Part shown: piece after piece, positions 33,551 through 44,517 of the stretch | Layout of the letters: every line of letters starts with the position of its first letter | Position numbering within the stretch: position 1 is the first letter of the stretch | IMG/VR virus record: IMGVR_UViG_3300029911_000001 | Location: 62,001 to 126,000 of that record | Strand: one strand, 5' to 3' | DNA: 64,000 nt | Made by a program: the position numbers and the translations under genes | The notes under the pieces: generated by a model | Databases searched by the model: none | The model's input: the letters and a program-made list of their open reading frames with translations, nothing else | Told to the model about the DNA's origin: nothing

Positions 33551-36500
33551 TTAGCTGCTGATAACTACGGTGATGTTCTCGGTGATAGGTTGCGTCGGTT
33601 GAGAACCCGGACCTAATGTACTGATACCCAAATTGTCCACAACCCGCAGAGCTACTGCGATGGTGTAGGTACCTATAGAGGGCGGGGTGCTGATGGGTAC
33701 AGTAAAGCCTCCAATAGGCGTAAGACTCTGATTCACATCCGGTACGTTTGAAGGTGAACCCGTGAGATTGTACGCCAGCACCCGGTTGGTTGGAGACACA
33801 GTGATAAATGATGCCAGACCGCTGGGAACCGTAACCGAATCAACGTAGTAGTTAGCCGGGGCGTGGAAAAGCTGCGGTGAGGACATGAGAGAGTTTGGCG
33901 TCTTGGAAGCAACTACAGCACTTGACAGGCTGATAGCCCACGTGTAGGGAGAGAAAGCCACAGAGATGTAGCTCTGAGCCACAACCGTAACCTGAAGCTG
34001 ACCCGTCACAGTGGTGGAGTTTGCAGCCGAGTCCGTGACCACAACAGTAACGTTGCAGTTATATGGTGTGGTGTTTGCCGCGAACTGAGCAACCGTAATC
34101 TGCAAGGCAGCGGTGGATGTGCCGTTGTTGATGGCAACGAAGCGGGAGTCGCTCACACCCGATATGTTGTAGGTGTAAGGAGCGTCACCGCCAGAGACAG
34201 TGAGGGGTAGCGATAGAGTTTGGGTGACAATGTACTCGCTGACCGACACCGGAACCGTGGTGCCGTTTGCCTTGAGGGCGGAAAATACTTCGGAGAGGGT
34301 AAGGCTGTCCGGGAAACTTACGTTATTGAAGGACAGTGTGTCGGTACCTGCACCGGTCGGGAAGTAGTCGTAGCTCATAGTGAACCCATCTGGAGTCACG
34401 CTGCTGTTGCCCGTGGTGGGCTGTCCGCCAATGGTTAGGGTGGGGTTACCCAGAGTTGCAGTACCCAACGTGTTCTGCAATAGGGGGAGACCGGTGTCAC
34501 CCGGCTGGAACCCAGTGTACTGAGCCGAGATAATGGAATTGTTGTTGACCACACGATATTGCGTGCCAATCGTTGCCGTCGCCCCAACGTGAGCCGGGGC
34601 GATAATGACAGCGGCTTGAGCACGGATGGCGAGATTCACAACAACGCTTGCCTGAGTGCCAAACGTGACCGAGGTCGCGGTGATGGTAATTGGGGTTGAG
34701 GAGACCACACCAGTCGGAGTGCCTTGCAGGTATACGCGGGTGCCCGGAGCAGACGACAGGGTGACGCCAGCCGGGAGACCCGTGGCTGTCCAGTTTGAGA
34801 TGAGGTCGGCGTCAACATAGTAACTGTTGACCGGAATCAACCGGTTGACATAGACGTAAGCCGGAATATTGTTATCCAAGATGTGAGTTGGCTGAGTCGT
34901 AGATTGAGCAACCTTTACAGTGATAGGGGTTGCCGCTGACTGAACGCTGTTCTTGTCCGTAACCACAACCAACACAGTGTACGAACCTGTCGTGGAGGTT
35001 GAGGAGGAGAAGGCCGAAAACCCTCCGATGCTTACCCCCGTACTGATGGTAGGGAGCGTTGTACCGCTCTGAATGCTGAAGGAATACGGAGCAGTGCCGC
35101 CTCCAGCAATGAGGGGGTATGCCCAGCTATAAGCACCTATGGCATCCGCTGTCAAAGTGTTTAGGTCAAGGTTGATAGCGTCAGTGAAAGCAAGAGCAAC
35201 CACCGGAGTTCCCGTTCCTCCACCACCAACATTCAAACTGAAACGCTGTGCTGTGCTCACAGTGGCATTGACCGAGTTGACAATACCCGCAAGCTGGAAC
35301 TTGAAGCTGTAACCAGCAGAGGTTGTCGGAGTACCTTCAAGTAGGAGGATGCAGTCAGCACCAGCACCCGCGACCGTGTTACCGCTGGCGAACGTCATAC
35401 CAGCCGGGAGAACGCCGGGGCCGATGAGGCTGGCGGTGCAAGCCGCGTTGGGAGCGTTGGTCAACTGAATCGTGCCGTTGTTAAGAAGAGCGACACAGTA
35501 GTATTGGCCTGAGCCCGGAGTGTAAGGCGTACTGATAACAGGGTCGGGGTAGCCACTCGCGAGGGGGGTGAACGTCCAAAGGGTTGGAGATGTAGGATGA
35601 CCGTTTGTGTTGACGGAGTAGGCACCTAGGGTGTATTGACCTGAACCCTGCTGCTGAACTGTGATAGTCATTGGCAGAGAGGCGATATGACCCACGGAGT
35701 CAACCACTTTAACCGTGACAGTAAAAACCCCGTTCGCAGTCGGCGTGGCAACCAGCAAAGGTCCGTAGCAAACCGCCCCCGGAAGAGTGTTGCTTGCGGT
35801 GGGGTCAACGTAGAACTTATAACGCTCGTCGGTATCCAAGCCGTTTGCGTTAGAGGGTACACCACCAGTAGCTGTCAGCGTGATTGCAATGTTCTGCGGG
35901 TAGAGCGACGGGTACACTGTAGTATTCGGTGCGTTGAGGAAGGACAGTATAGCCGGAGTCACCCCTGCAACCACGGACATCTGGGTTGGGCTGACAATCG
36001 CCAACCCGGTACCGATGATACCGTCGTCGGTGAAGCTATTCAAGGTGTAAGGGGACTGACCCCCATAGACTGGAACAGCCAACTTGAACTGTTCCCCCGC
36101 GATGATGAGTGGCTGGTTCAACAGACCGTAGGAGAGCTTGGCTGGGGAGAGCAGGATGCTGTAGGTGGCTGATGCCTTAGCTCCGATGGCGTCCGTAACC
36201 TGAACTGTGAAGGTATAGGTCTTGAGGAAGTCAGTAGTCGAATTGTAAGTGCAGGGTACACCACCGAGCGTCCCGGAGTTGGCATCAATGGCGAGACCAA
36301 TAGGAGCCGAACCAGCAACAATAGCCCATGTGTATGGAGCCAAGCCCCCCGTGTTCTGGATAACGATGGGCTGTGGGCTGTTGGGATTGGTGTAGTTCTC
36401 ATAGGGGGTACCAACGGTAGCAGAGGGCAGAGTCGTGGTGGTAATCGCCAAGTCGGTCGGTATAAGGAAAGTCAACGTGGTCTCAGCGATGTACGCAGGG

Positions 36501-39500
36501 CTGCTGGCGTCCATGACAGCGAAGACGACAGTGAATGTGCCAAGCTGGGTTGGAGTGCCGCTGATGGTACCATCAACGTTCATCTTCAAGCCCGGAGGCA
36601 TACCTTCGGTGTACCAACTGTAGTTGGTATTGCCTCCCGTCGCTTGCATCTTGAATTCAGCCATCGGCTTGCCAACGTACGAGTTCGAGGGCAGAGTCGT
36701 AGTGGTAATCTGCACCGGTACCGAAGAGGTGGCGGGGTTGACTTCAAGAATGTACGTTGGTTCGATGAGTTCCTTTGCATGGGGACGACCCTGCATCGGG
36801 AACACGTCGAGTGCCATGGTGCTCAACAGGGAGCTTGCATTCGCAAATCGCGAAGTCGCAACCATGAGCTTGAGTTCATTTGTAATCTCGTCACGAGCGA
36901 TAGAGCGAACAACCACTTCATACGCCTGTGGTGTCACAGTGCCTGTGGAGGCGTTCGTAATTTCAAAGCCAGCATTACCCCCAATGCCTAGCGTGCCAGT
37001 GAGGGCTCCCTGAGCGGCTGCGGTCGGGTTGAACTGCTGGTCGATAACATAAACCTGCTGTGTCAACTGGCGACGGAGCTTGACCGGTGGGTTAGCCGTT
37101 CCGAAGTCGTTCTGCGTCTGGATGACAATGTTCTGGGCACCAGCCGTGGTGAAGGACTTGGCGACGGTGCGAGTGCTGAGGGGCAACCAACCCGTGGACG
37201 TGTTGTCTGGGAAGATAACCTGCCATGCGCTGGCTCCAGCATAGTTGGCATTCAACGTGATGTTGAGCGTCTGACCCAGCAACAGGTTCGTGTTGTCAAA
37301 CGTGACGTTGGTAGCCAACAGGGCAGTCGGGAATGTGTGGCTAGAGTCCCATGGGTTAGAGTTGAGGGCAACCGTGAAGTCACTCGACAACGCCACCATG
37401 TTCATGGAGTAGTCGCCAGAGACCAAGGTCTCTTCGAAGACACGGGCGGAGACCGTACCGCCATTGTTCAACCCTGTATCAAATACAGTTATAGGAGTTC
37501 CACTACCCGGAGGCGTCTGAAGCGTGATGTTCCAACCTTTGTATGCGGTGTACGCTCCGCTCACAGAATACGGTTGCCAGTTGGCCGTCAGGTGGAAAGT
37601 TTCATCAATGACAGCGATGGTTGGAGCCGGGAGGAGGTTCGTGGCCGAGGCGATAGAGCTTGAAATGACAATCAACGGTACTGAGTACGCATTGCCGTAG
37701 AAGCTGGTGCCATAGACGCTGTAGACGGCGGAACCAACCTGCTGCACTGATGCCGAACCTGCACCAGTCACAGTGCGAATTGGAGTCGGGGATGGAATCT
37801 CCGCGAGAAACAGTCCCGTGGGTGTGCCGGAGATGCCCCATGCGATAGTGAACGATGTGTTGTCCGGTATCGAAATAGCGGTGGAAGTTGGATTGGTAAT
37901 CTGCAACGGAATGGCGACAGCCGCCACCGTCATGGTGATGACATCACTGTAGCTGGTTTGGTAACCAAATGCCGATGCGGCGACAACAAACTTGTAGGTT
38001 CCCGGTGTGAGTGCGTTACCCACTATCTGATTGGAGCTATTGATATACAAACCATCGGGAGCACCGAGAACCCCTGAACCGAAGACTGGGTCGCCAACCA
38101 ACTCGAACGTGGCACTGACCGGGGTCGATGATAATTGAATCGGGGGGATGGGGATGCCCGTGGAAGAGTTGATGGTGGTAGGGGTACCCACAATATCCAG
38201 AGGAGCGGGACCATCGCACTTGAACAGTACCTGTGCGTAGCCTTGACGACCCGGAGGGCTCCCGGAGTTAGTCGCTGCAATGGTGAGCGTCCACTTCTGC
38301 CCAATCTGCCCGTTAGCCGGGAAGTGGAAGGTGACTGTGGTGGTGGGTGTCCCTGAACTGATAGTCAGACCAGTGTTGGTTACAGTCGCAGGGGATTCCA
38401 GCGAAGATGCAGCGACGGCATTCACCGTGAAGATGAGGCTTTCGGCTGGGTTGAACCCATCAGGGGAGGAAAGGGTGTAAGTGACTGTAGTCCCCGCCGC
38501 ACCGACCGCGTAATCAGGTGTCCCTGATGTTGTCGCTAGTCCAATCTTGATAGCCGAAGATGACAGCCACGAGGTGTTACTGGTAGATACCTCATTAAAG
38601 TTAATGATCTTGAGACCATTGTTGACTGGAAGCCCGTTGTTATCGAACACCTGAAGGTTCACAGATGCGGGGGCATTACCGTAGATGCTGTAGGTGGCAA
38701 ACTTGTTAGTGCTATTTCCGCCGCCGCCCGAGTTCAAGGACAAGGGTCCGGTGGAAGCCCAGTAATAAGTTAGGGGCTGAGCAACTGTTGCACCGAGTGA
38801 TTGCAACGTACCCAACAGAACGTCAATCTGTGCATCCACATGCAGCAGGTTGCTCACAGTGTCGTAGTAGGCACCAGCCGCGAAGTCCAAGGTACCAGCG
38901 GCCTGACTCTGAGAGCTTACCGATAGTGTAAGTTGGTAAGCACGGGCGGGGGTATCGTAGAATGAACCCGGCTGGTATGCAAGAATCGTGATAGGCACAG
39001 CGACGGGCGACTGAGCGAAGCTGGGAGCGGTTCCGTTTAGCTGGAGACCACCAACAAGGTCAGTTGAGGTGAAAGGTGTGCCGGAAAAGTGAGGAGGCGA
39101 TACACGCAGTGCAAGCTTGGTCTCATCCGATGTGACGAACTCCAGTCCGGCTGGAAGGCTGGAAGGCAGGATGAAGCTGATGCCGGTTTGCGGGGAGTTG
39201 AACAGACCGTAACCTTGAATAAGAACATCGGCTACCGTGCTGTCATAGGACGGGATAAGTAGGGTGGTTCCATTAACCACTGGGTTGCTTGGATTGGCGG
39301 CAACGTAGAAGGGAGTGCGGACTTCCAAGTAAATCGGAAAGTTGGTGGTGCTTACACCATCAGTGACGGAAACAAAGAACTCGTAGGGGTCTTGCTGATA
39401 TTGTGCGCCTGAGAACGTGATGGCACATACAGCCCCGTTGGGAGAAACATTAATCCACGAGGGTGCGCTTCCGCCAAGAGACCAAGTGATAGCGCCCACC

Positions 39501-39637
39501 TGTCCTGATACAGTCAAGGAACCAAGGGTGTCCGAGGCGAGTGATGCGACACGGACGGCCAGACCACTGGCGTTCTGTGCCAGTGGCATGACTGAGTTGG
39601 CATTGTTGGCGAAATTTGTAGTGAATGTAAGGCTCAT
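33551..39637 (-). CDS. Large Ig-domain (He_PIG) repeat virion protein
   Basis: 2028 aa, S/T/G/P-rich, He_PIG-type repeats. Confidence 0.85.
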   Translation of the reverse strand: MSLTFTTNFANNANSVMPLAQNASGLAVRVASLASDTLGSLTVSGQVGAITWSLGGSAPSWINVSPNGAVCAITFSGAQYQQDPYEFFVSVTDGVSTTNFPIYLEVRTPFYVAANPSNPVVNGTTLLIPSYDSTVADVLIQGYGLFNSPQTGISFILPSSLPAGLEFVTSDETKLALRVSPPHFSGTPFTSTDLVGGLQLNGTAPSFAQSPVAVPITILAYQPGSFYDTPARAYQLTLSVSSQSQAAGTLDFAAGAYYDTVSNLLHVDAQIDVLLGTLQSLGATVAQPLTYYWASTGPLSLNSGGGGNSTNKFATYSIYGNAPASVNLQVFDNNGLPVNNGLKIINFNEVSTSNTSWLSSSAIKIGLATTSGTPDYAVGAAGTTVTYTLSSPDGFNPAESLIFTVNAVAASSLESPATVTNTGLTISSGTPTTTVTFHFPANGQIGQKWTLTIAATNSGSPPGRQGYAQVLFKCDGPAPLDIVGTPTTINSSTGIPIPPIQLSSTPVSATFELVGDPVFGSGVLGAPDGLYINSSNQIVGNALTPGTYKFVVAASAFGYQTSYSDVITMTVAAVAIPLQITNPTSTAISIPDNTSFTIAWGISGTPTGLFLAEIPSPTPIRTVTGAGSASVQQVGSAVYSVYGTSFYGNAYSVPLIVISSSIASATNLLPAPTIAVIDETFHLTANWQPYSVSGAYTAYKGWNITLQTPPGSGTPITVFDTGLNNGGTVSARVFEETLVSGDYSMNMVALSSDFTVALNSNPWDSSHTFPTALLATNVTFDNTNLLLGQTLNITLNANYAGASAWQVIFPDNTSTGWLPLSTRTVAKSFTTAGAQNIVIQTQNDFGTANPPVKLRRQLTQQVYVIDQQFNPTAAAQGALTGTLGIGGNAGFEITNASTGTVTPQAYEVVVRSIARDEITNELKLMVATSRFANASSLLSTMALDVFPMQGRPHAKELIEPTYILEVNPATSSVPVQITTTTLPSNSYVGKPMAEFKMQATGGNTNYSWYTEGMPPGLKMNVDGTISGTPTQLGTFTVVFAVMDASSPAYIAETTLTFLIPTDLAITTTTLPSATVGTPYENYTNPNSPQPIVIQNTGGLAPYTWAIVAGSAPIGLAIDANSGTLGGVPCTYNSTTDFLKTYTFTVQVTDAIGAKASATYSILLSPAKLSYGLLNQPLIIAGEQFKLAVPVYGGQSPYTLNSFTDDGIIGTGLAIVSPTQMSVVAGVTPAILSFLNAPNTTVYPSLYPQNIAITLTATGGVPSNANGLDTDERYKFYVDPTASNTLPGAVCYGPLLVATPTANGVFTVTVKVVDSVGHIASLPMTITVQQQGSGQYTLGAYSVNTNGHPTSPTLWTFTPLASGYPDPVISTPYTPGSGQYYCVALLNNGTIQLTNAPNAACTASLIGPGVLPAGMTFASGNTVAGAGADCILLLEGTPTTSAGYSFKFQLAGIVNSVNATVSTAQRFSLNVGGGGTGTPVVALAFTDAINLDLNTLTADAIGAYSWAYPLIAGGGTAPYSFSIQSGTTLPTISTGVSIGGFSAFSSSTSTTGSYTVLVVVTDKNSVQSAATPITVKVAQSTTQPTHILDNNIPAYVYVNRLIPVNSYYVDADLISNWTATGLPAGVTLSSAPGTRVYLQGTPTGVVSSTPITITATSVTFGTQASVVVNLAIRAQAAVIIAPAHVGATATIGTQYRVVNNNSIISAQYTGFQPGDTGLPLLQNTLGTATLGNPTLTIGGQPTTGNSSVTPDGFTMSYDYFPTGAGTDTLSFNNVSFPDSLTLSEVFSALKANGTTVPVSVSEYIVTQTLSLPLTVSGGDAPYTYNISGVSDSRFVAINNGTSTAALQITVAQFAANTTPYNCNVTVVVTDSAANSTTVTGQLQVTVVAQSYISVAFSPYTWAISLSSAVVASKTPNSLMSSPQLFHAPANYYVDSVTVPSGLASFITVSPTNRVLAYNLTGSPSNVPDVNQSLTPIGGFTVPISTPPSIGTYTIAVALRVVDNLGISTLGPGSQPTQPITENITVVISS

Positions 39638-39648
39638 TTTTTATCCGT

Positions 39649-42600
39649 TTACGAAAGCAAGGTTACTGTGTTAGAAGATGAGTCGGCGGTAACACCGCCC
39701 AAAAATGGATTGGTTAAAATAGTTCTAGCCAGTGTTGAGTTCGCCGAAAGAACTGCGCTACCGTTAGTCTGGAAGTCCGATGTGACAACAATACTGGAAT
39801 TGAACTCCACCTGAGCAACTACGGTTGAAGCGTTGATGTTTACTTCCGACACAGTGTCCGTCGCGTGGTTCGAAAGATTGAGGGTTGAGTTACGCTCACC
39901 AACGAAGAACGAGCCGGGGGTAGCCCCTGAGTCTACTGACAAGTCAACACCCGAAGCGGTAATCTCCGAGGAGCTTGCAACCATACCTACGCCACCATCC
40001 GGGAGCCCAATTGATCCACCATCGAAGATGGCATTGCAACCCTGCGAGAAGGCACCGGCCTGAAGATTCTCAGTGAAGATGCAGTTTACAAAGTCAACGT
40101 CCGCATCAATGCAGTAAACAGCGGGGTCGCGGAACCCGTTGAAGGTGAGGTTGTTGAAGATGACTCGGCTATTATCCACAAAGAATGCGGAGGTTGGACC
40201 GTTGCCAAATCCAGCGAAGCCCGTTGCATCAATCACAATATTGCCCGTTGCCCCGGCCACTGAAGTAATAACCAAACGTCCACCGTCCTGAATGGTGTAA
40301 GCAAGATTACCAAGAGCGTAGTAAACCGCTGAACGAATGTCGCCATCGCCCAAAGCAATTTCCTGAAGTGTGCTCTGGAGATTCTGGATGGAGTATGGCG
40401 TATTAGTCTCCACCAGTTGTACCGAGCAGGGATGACGAAGCACTGGAGGTAGTACACTGAGAGCCGCTGTGATAGTGAGCTTCGGGTTGGTCAAGCTGAG
40501 ACCATCGTTGGTGTCGAGCCCCGACACATTATTGACATACAAAATAATAGGAGCAGTGGTGCTCTGAAGGTTCTGCCCCAATACTGTGCGAGGCGAGGGT
40601 GCTGTGATGGCATAGCCCACGTGGGGGATAGCCTGAGAGAAACCGCGTCCTCCACCTGTCGTCGTAATGAACCTAAGTTCCTTGCGGAAGTCCTTGTTCA
40701 TCGGTGGAATAAAGTCGTTGGTGTGAAGCGGTACCTCGAAGGTGTGCTCCACATTGTTCTGACGCATCGCCACATAGTTCGAATCGAACACCGAGGACAG
40801 CGGTGTGTTCGTCAATGTTGCATCCGACCAGTTGACCAGAGAAGGTAGAGTCGTAGCAATCGGAATCTCGCGGTTGTAGGGGTACACATCCTCAAGACCA
40901 ACCACAGGTGCGGCACCAGAGCCGTTAGTGGTCACCAATGCCGTCTCATCATTATGGATGATTTCATAGTTACGATTCAGCACACCTTCTCCCTGATACG
41001 GGATGTATTGCTCCACAATCGTTAGGGTTGAGTTTTGGTCAAATGCCGGGAGGATCGAACCGGTAAAGAAAAACTGGGTTCCATTAGCGATGGAATAATT
41101 ACCAATCACAGTGACCGTGACCACTCCATTGTTGAAGTTCACAGTGGAGCACTGTACGGAGTTCAGGTTACCCTCTAGATCGAGAACCCAAAGGTAACGG
41201 GTTGTGTCATTCCCGCTAATCCCCTTGATGATGCAGTTGTTAGCCGCCGCCACAATCGTGGTGAGGTTGGTGATTGCGTTGTACTGAGCAACCTCAATCG
41301 TGACACGGCTGTCCATTGGAAAGTTATTATCGGTCGTGTAGTTGCCGAACAACACCGTTTCTTCAATCTCTGTCACACCTTTAACCGGAGCGTTGTACAC
41401 AAGTTGTGCCGTATCTTGCGCTAGAAAACTCATGACCAAGGTCTGCGTGTTGAGAATTACGGCTGCAAGGGTAACAACACACTGGTTGCCCTTCATCGAA
41501 CACGTGGTCTGATAATAAGTGCCTGACGCCAAGTCCCAAACACGAGTCGGATAGAGCCCTGCAACCTTACCATTGAGACCAGTGCGAGTGATGGTGAACG
41601 TGGTGGATGTCCCCCCTACAGTTCCCGATGAGCCGGGAATCTGTACCCAAATCTTAGTACCGAATATGATATTTGAGTATTCAGGATTGACCGCCCACAC
41701 CTGATAGGCGTGGGTTGTCAGCGACTGGTTCTGTACGTCGTACTCCGAAATCCCATACACTGGGAGCGTCTTACCCGAGATAGCATCCGTGAGGGTTCCA
41801 CCATCCACAGAGATGGGGGTCTTACGCAGGTCAACGCCAGAGTCGGCGGGGTACTGAACGCCTACCGTGCAATAGATGTTCTGAGCACCGGGGTCAAAGG
41901 GGGTGCCTTGAAGGTTCTTAATGAAGCTCACAGTGACTGACTTTGAACTGAGACCGCTAATCTGTACCTGTCCAGAGAGCAAGTTGATGGGTGATTCAAG
42001 GTTATTAGCAAGATTGAATCCCTGAACCGCAGCCGATACAATCGTACCCTGAGATTGGGCTGGGAGTGACACTGTGAAAGCATCACCCATCTTCCATGGA
42101 CCGCCCTGAGCACTGGAAGCCAACCAGAACGACTTTTGATTGATGGGAATCTTCTTGGTTACATAGAACGTGCGGAGGTCGGAACTAAACCCGTTGGAAA
42201 ATCCATCCCAATTCGTTGGGAGTGTATTCGTGTTGGGAACCGCAATCGGACCAACCGAAACGTAGTAATCGAGGGTGGAGCCTAGAGCTTCTGTCTTGAG
42301 ACCAGAGCCATCCCCGCGACCGATTGCTGAGCGACCATTACCCGTTATAAGGTCAACAAACCCCTCGCGCATCAGCTTATCCAAATCCCACGAGTCAAGA
42401 GTTACAGTTTGACGGGTGTCAACCACATCCTCTTGAAAAATCTGGTCAGCCAGCTTAGAGTCGAGGCGACCAGAGACACCATATTTGAGAAGACCAGAAT
42501 TCTGAGTCGCAGCGTCCCCACAGCCAAAGATGTTGCTTGCTAGGCTGAAGGGACCATAGTTACGCTGGAACATAACAGCCATCGGCATGGCGTAAGTGTA

Positions 42601-43446
42601 CCCATCCATGGTTCCCATGGAGTTGTTGATGTTGCCGTCACCAGCTTGCCACAGACCGGTGTCCCCATTCACAGAGCCCATATTGGTGAACTCGTAGATT
42701 GGGTCAACGATAGGAGCCTGATTGGTGGCTGTCCCCTGTCCGTACACAATCTCTGTGGGCTGAGCACCGGGGTCAAGACCAAACTGATACTTCGTGAAGT
42801 CGTAGGTCAACGCCACACGCTGAATGTTGAACCGCCACTGAATCTGAGAACGGATAGTGGTGAGGAGACCTGCCCCTGTGGAAGAGGTCGCGAAGATATC
42901 CACCGAATCATCTGGCATAATCTCTGCGTTCACTGGATCAGGCGATGTGCAACCATAGGGGTAGAAGTAGCGAAGCTGTGATACTGGGTCGAGGTAATAG
43001 CCTTGACCGGTGGTTGGGTCGAGTGATTGATACCATATTTCGAGGAAGACAACGTAGAGACGAGCGTCTTCGTCGGTAACACCATTTGTCCAGAATGCTG
43101 GTTGCTGAGCCGGAGATAGGGTGATGCGATTCTGTGTGAGGTCGGCGGAGTTGAAGCCTTGAATGGACACAACCTCGCCATTGAACAGAACGTCGAAGGA
43201 CGGGATGATGAATGTGTTGGGGACGAAGGGGCTGTACTGGAACGCTGCATAGGTCAAGCAGCCAGAGGTTGCCGACTTGTTGTCGAGCAACAGGTGCCGC
43301 TTGTATGACTGTAAATCTTGAAGGGCATTTAGATCAGCGTCCGAAATTTGGTGGTCATGCAAAGCTACAATTGAAAGAAGAGACCGACCCGCGACATCCA
43401 GAGTTCTGGAAACCACTGATGGATATTGGAATGTGCTCGTTGCCAT
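39649..43446 (-). CDS. Large virion structural protein with C-terminal beta-helix-like domain
   Basis: 1265 aa; LYVNNVSGLDTNDGLS...PKLTITAAL is a typical pectin-lyase-fold entry motif. Confidence 0.7.
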   Translation of the reverse strand: MATSTFQYPSVVSRTLDVAGRSLLSIVALHDHQISDADLNALQDLQSYKRHLLLDNKSATSGCLTYAAFQYSPFVPNTFIIPSFDVLFNGEVVSIQGFNSADLTQNRITLSPAQQPAFWTNGVTDEDARLYVVFLEIWYQSLDPTTGQGYYLDPVSQLRYFYPYGCTSPDPVNAEIMPDDSVDIFATSSTGAGLLTTIRSQIQWRFNIQRVALTYDFTKYQFGLDPGAQPTEIVYGQGTATNQAPIVDPIYEFTNMGSVNGDTGLWQAGDGNINNSMGTMDGYTYAMPMAVMFQRNYGPFSLASNIFGCGDAATQNSGLLKYGVSGRLDSKLADQIFQEDVVDTRQTVTLDSWDLDKLMREGFVDLITGNGRSAIGRGDGSGLKTEALGSTLDYYVSVGPIAVPNTNTLPTNWDGFSNGFSSDLRTFYVTKKIPINQKSFWLASSAQGGPWKMGDAFTVSLPAQSQGTIVSAAVQGFNLANNLESPINLLSGQVQISGLSSKSVTVSFIKNLQGTPFDPGAQNIYCTVGVQYPADSGVDLRKTPISVDGGTLTDAISGKTLPVYGISEYDVQNQSLTTHAYQVWAVNPEYSNIIFGTKIWVQIPGSSGTVGGTSTTFTITRTGLNGKVAGLYPTRVWDLASGTYYQTTCSMKGNQCVVTLAAVILNTQTLVMSFLAQDTAQLVYNAPVKGVTEIEETVLFGNYTTDNNFPMDSRVTIEVAQYNAITNLTTIVAAANNCIIKGISGNDTTRYLWVLDLEGNLNSVQCSTVNFNNGVVTVTVIGNYSIANGTQFFFTGSILPAFDQNSTLTIVEQYIPYQGEGVLNRNYEIIHNDETALVTTNGSGAAPVVGLEDVYPYNREIPIATTLPSLVNWSDATLTNTPLSSVFDSNYVAMRQNNVEHTFEVPLHTNDFIPPMNKDFRKELRFITTTGGGRGFSQAIPHVGYAITAPSPRTVLGQNLQSTTAPIILYVNNVSGLDTNDGLSLTNPKLTITAALSVLPPVLRHPCSVQLVETNTPYSIQNLQSTLQEIALGDGDIRSAVYYALGNLAYTIQDGGRLVITSVAGATGNIVIDATGFAGFGNGPTSAFFVDNSRVIFNNLTFNGFRDPAVYCIDADVDFVNCIFTENLQAGAFSQGCNAIFDGGSIGLPDGGVGMVASSSEITASGVDLSVDSGATPGSFFVGERNSTLNLSNHATDTVSEVNINASTVVAQVEFNSSIVVTSDFQTNGSAVLSANSTLARTILTNPFLGGVTADSSSNTVTLLS

Positions 43447-43832
43447 TAGTTCTTTCCTCTTTTAAGACAGCCGCAACTTTTATTACGCCCTGCCCTCAGG
43501 GCACTTCCTGACACAGTTACTAACTTCCCGCAGTCACACCGGCATTCCCAAATCATCGACCGGCGACCGTCGCTTACTTTAGCCCTCCATAGCACCATAA
43601 GCTTGCCGAACTTCTGGTTCACAAGGCTATTCTGTTTTTCCTTCTTAACTTTCTTTAACTGCTGGCTGAGGCAACCACAACTCTTAACCTTCCCTGCAAG
43701 TAGTGTGTCCTCCCGTACTTCCTTACGGTTACCGCAGCGGCACTGACACACCCACTTAGTTCGCCCTTTATCACGAAGTTGTGTGAGAGCGACGAGAACT
43801 CCAAACTGCTTTCCCCTCAAATCGTTTGCCAC
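43446..43832 (-). CDS. Homing-endonuclease-associated Cys-repeat protein (no obvious nuclease domain)
   Basis: Two copies of DL.G..FG.L....W.C.C.CG......L..G..KSCGCL. Confidence 0.75.
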   Translation of the reverse strand: MANDLRGKQFGVLVALTQLRDKGRTKWVCQCRCGNRKEVREDTLLAGKVKSCGCLSQQLKKVKKEKQNSLVNQKFGKLMVLWRAKVSDGRRSMIWECRCDCGKLVTVSGSALRAGRNKSCGCLKRGKN

Positions 43833-43926
43833 AAGTATTCCCTGCTACTAATACTCTCTTCTTCTATGGTGTACAATAGTTGGAAAAGTAAATTACGGAC
43901 TTTCAGATTTACTTATTGAGGGTTCC

Positions 43927-44469
43927 ATGGCAGCTTACTCATACCTTACACAATCAATTCAAAGCACCGCTCTTATCACGGCGAAAACTATTGATAGTTT
44001 CTACTACCCCACCACTCAAGGGCATACAGGGTATGCTTGGGATGGAACTCTTTACGCAGGGGGGGTACGGGTGGCTGTCGGGAGCCCACCGACGCCCATC
44101 TATGCCTCATGGTTCACCGAGGGGCAGAGCGCCTACCGTGGCATCCTTCCGACCTTCCCTCAGACCGGGCTCGTCCTACTCTCCAAAGCGGCTCTGACTA
44201 TACTTGATGGCAGCGACTCCACCCTCGCCCTCTGGATGCAATTCCTGCTTCAGAACAACTTTGCTCTGGCGGACAACTTCAACGGTAACCTGAACGGGTG
44301 GAGTCCTTCCGGGCTGGCATACGCGGATGGTATACTCTCGGTCATCTACACCCCCGATGCTGGTAGCCTCTTCAATGTGAGCAGCCCACCTGTTTATAAC
44401 GTTGATTCCAATATGGTTGTAAACCTAGACTTCAGTCAAGACACCGCGTATCTGGATGTTGCCATATAA
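43927..44469 (+). CDS. Hypothetical protein (likely virion-associated)
   Basis: 180-aa ORF, GAGGG RBS, composition like the structural genes. Confidence 0.7.
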   Translation: MAAYSYLTQSIQSTALITAKTIDSFYYPTTQGHTGYAWDGTLYAGGVRVAVGSPPTPIYASWFTEGQSAYRGILPTFPQTGLVLLSKAALTILDGSDSTLALWMQFLLQNNFALADNFNGNLNGWSPSGLAYADGILSVIYTPDAGSLFNVSSPPVYNVDSNMVVNLDFSQDTAYLDVAI

Positions 44470-44517
44470 TTGAAAAAGTTTCTTGACAAGTTTTTTACTA
44501 CCCGGTAGGATAGCTGC

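Noticed and set aside
15088-39637. Host assignment to Acidobacteria from the He_PIG repeats, Dps and NHL fragment
   Set aside because: Only suggestive; cannot be supported without database searches
19700-43400. Numerous plus-strand ORFs of 60-180 aa in the ORF track
   Set aside because: Antisense shadows of long minus-strand structural genes
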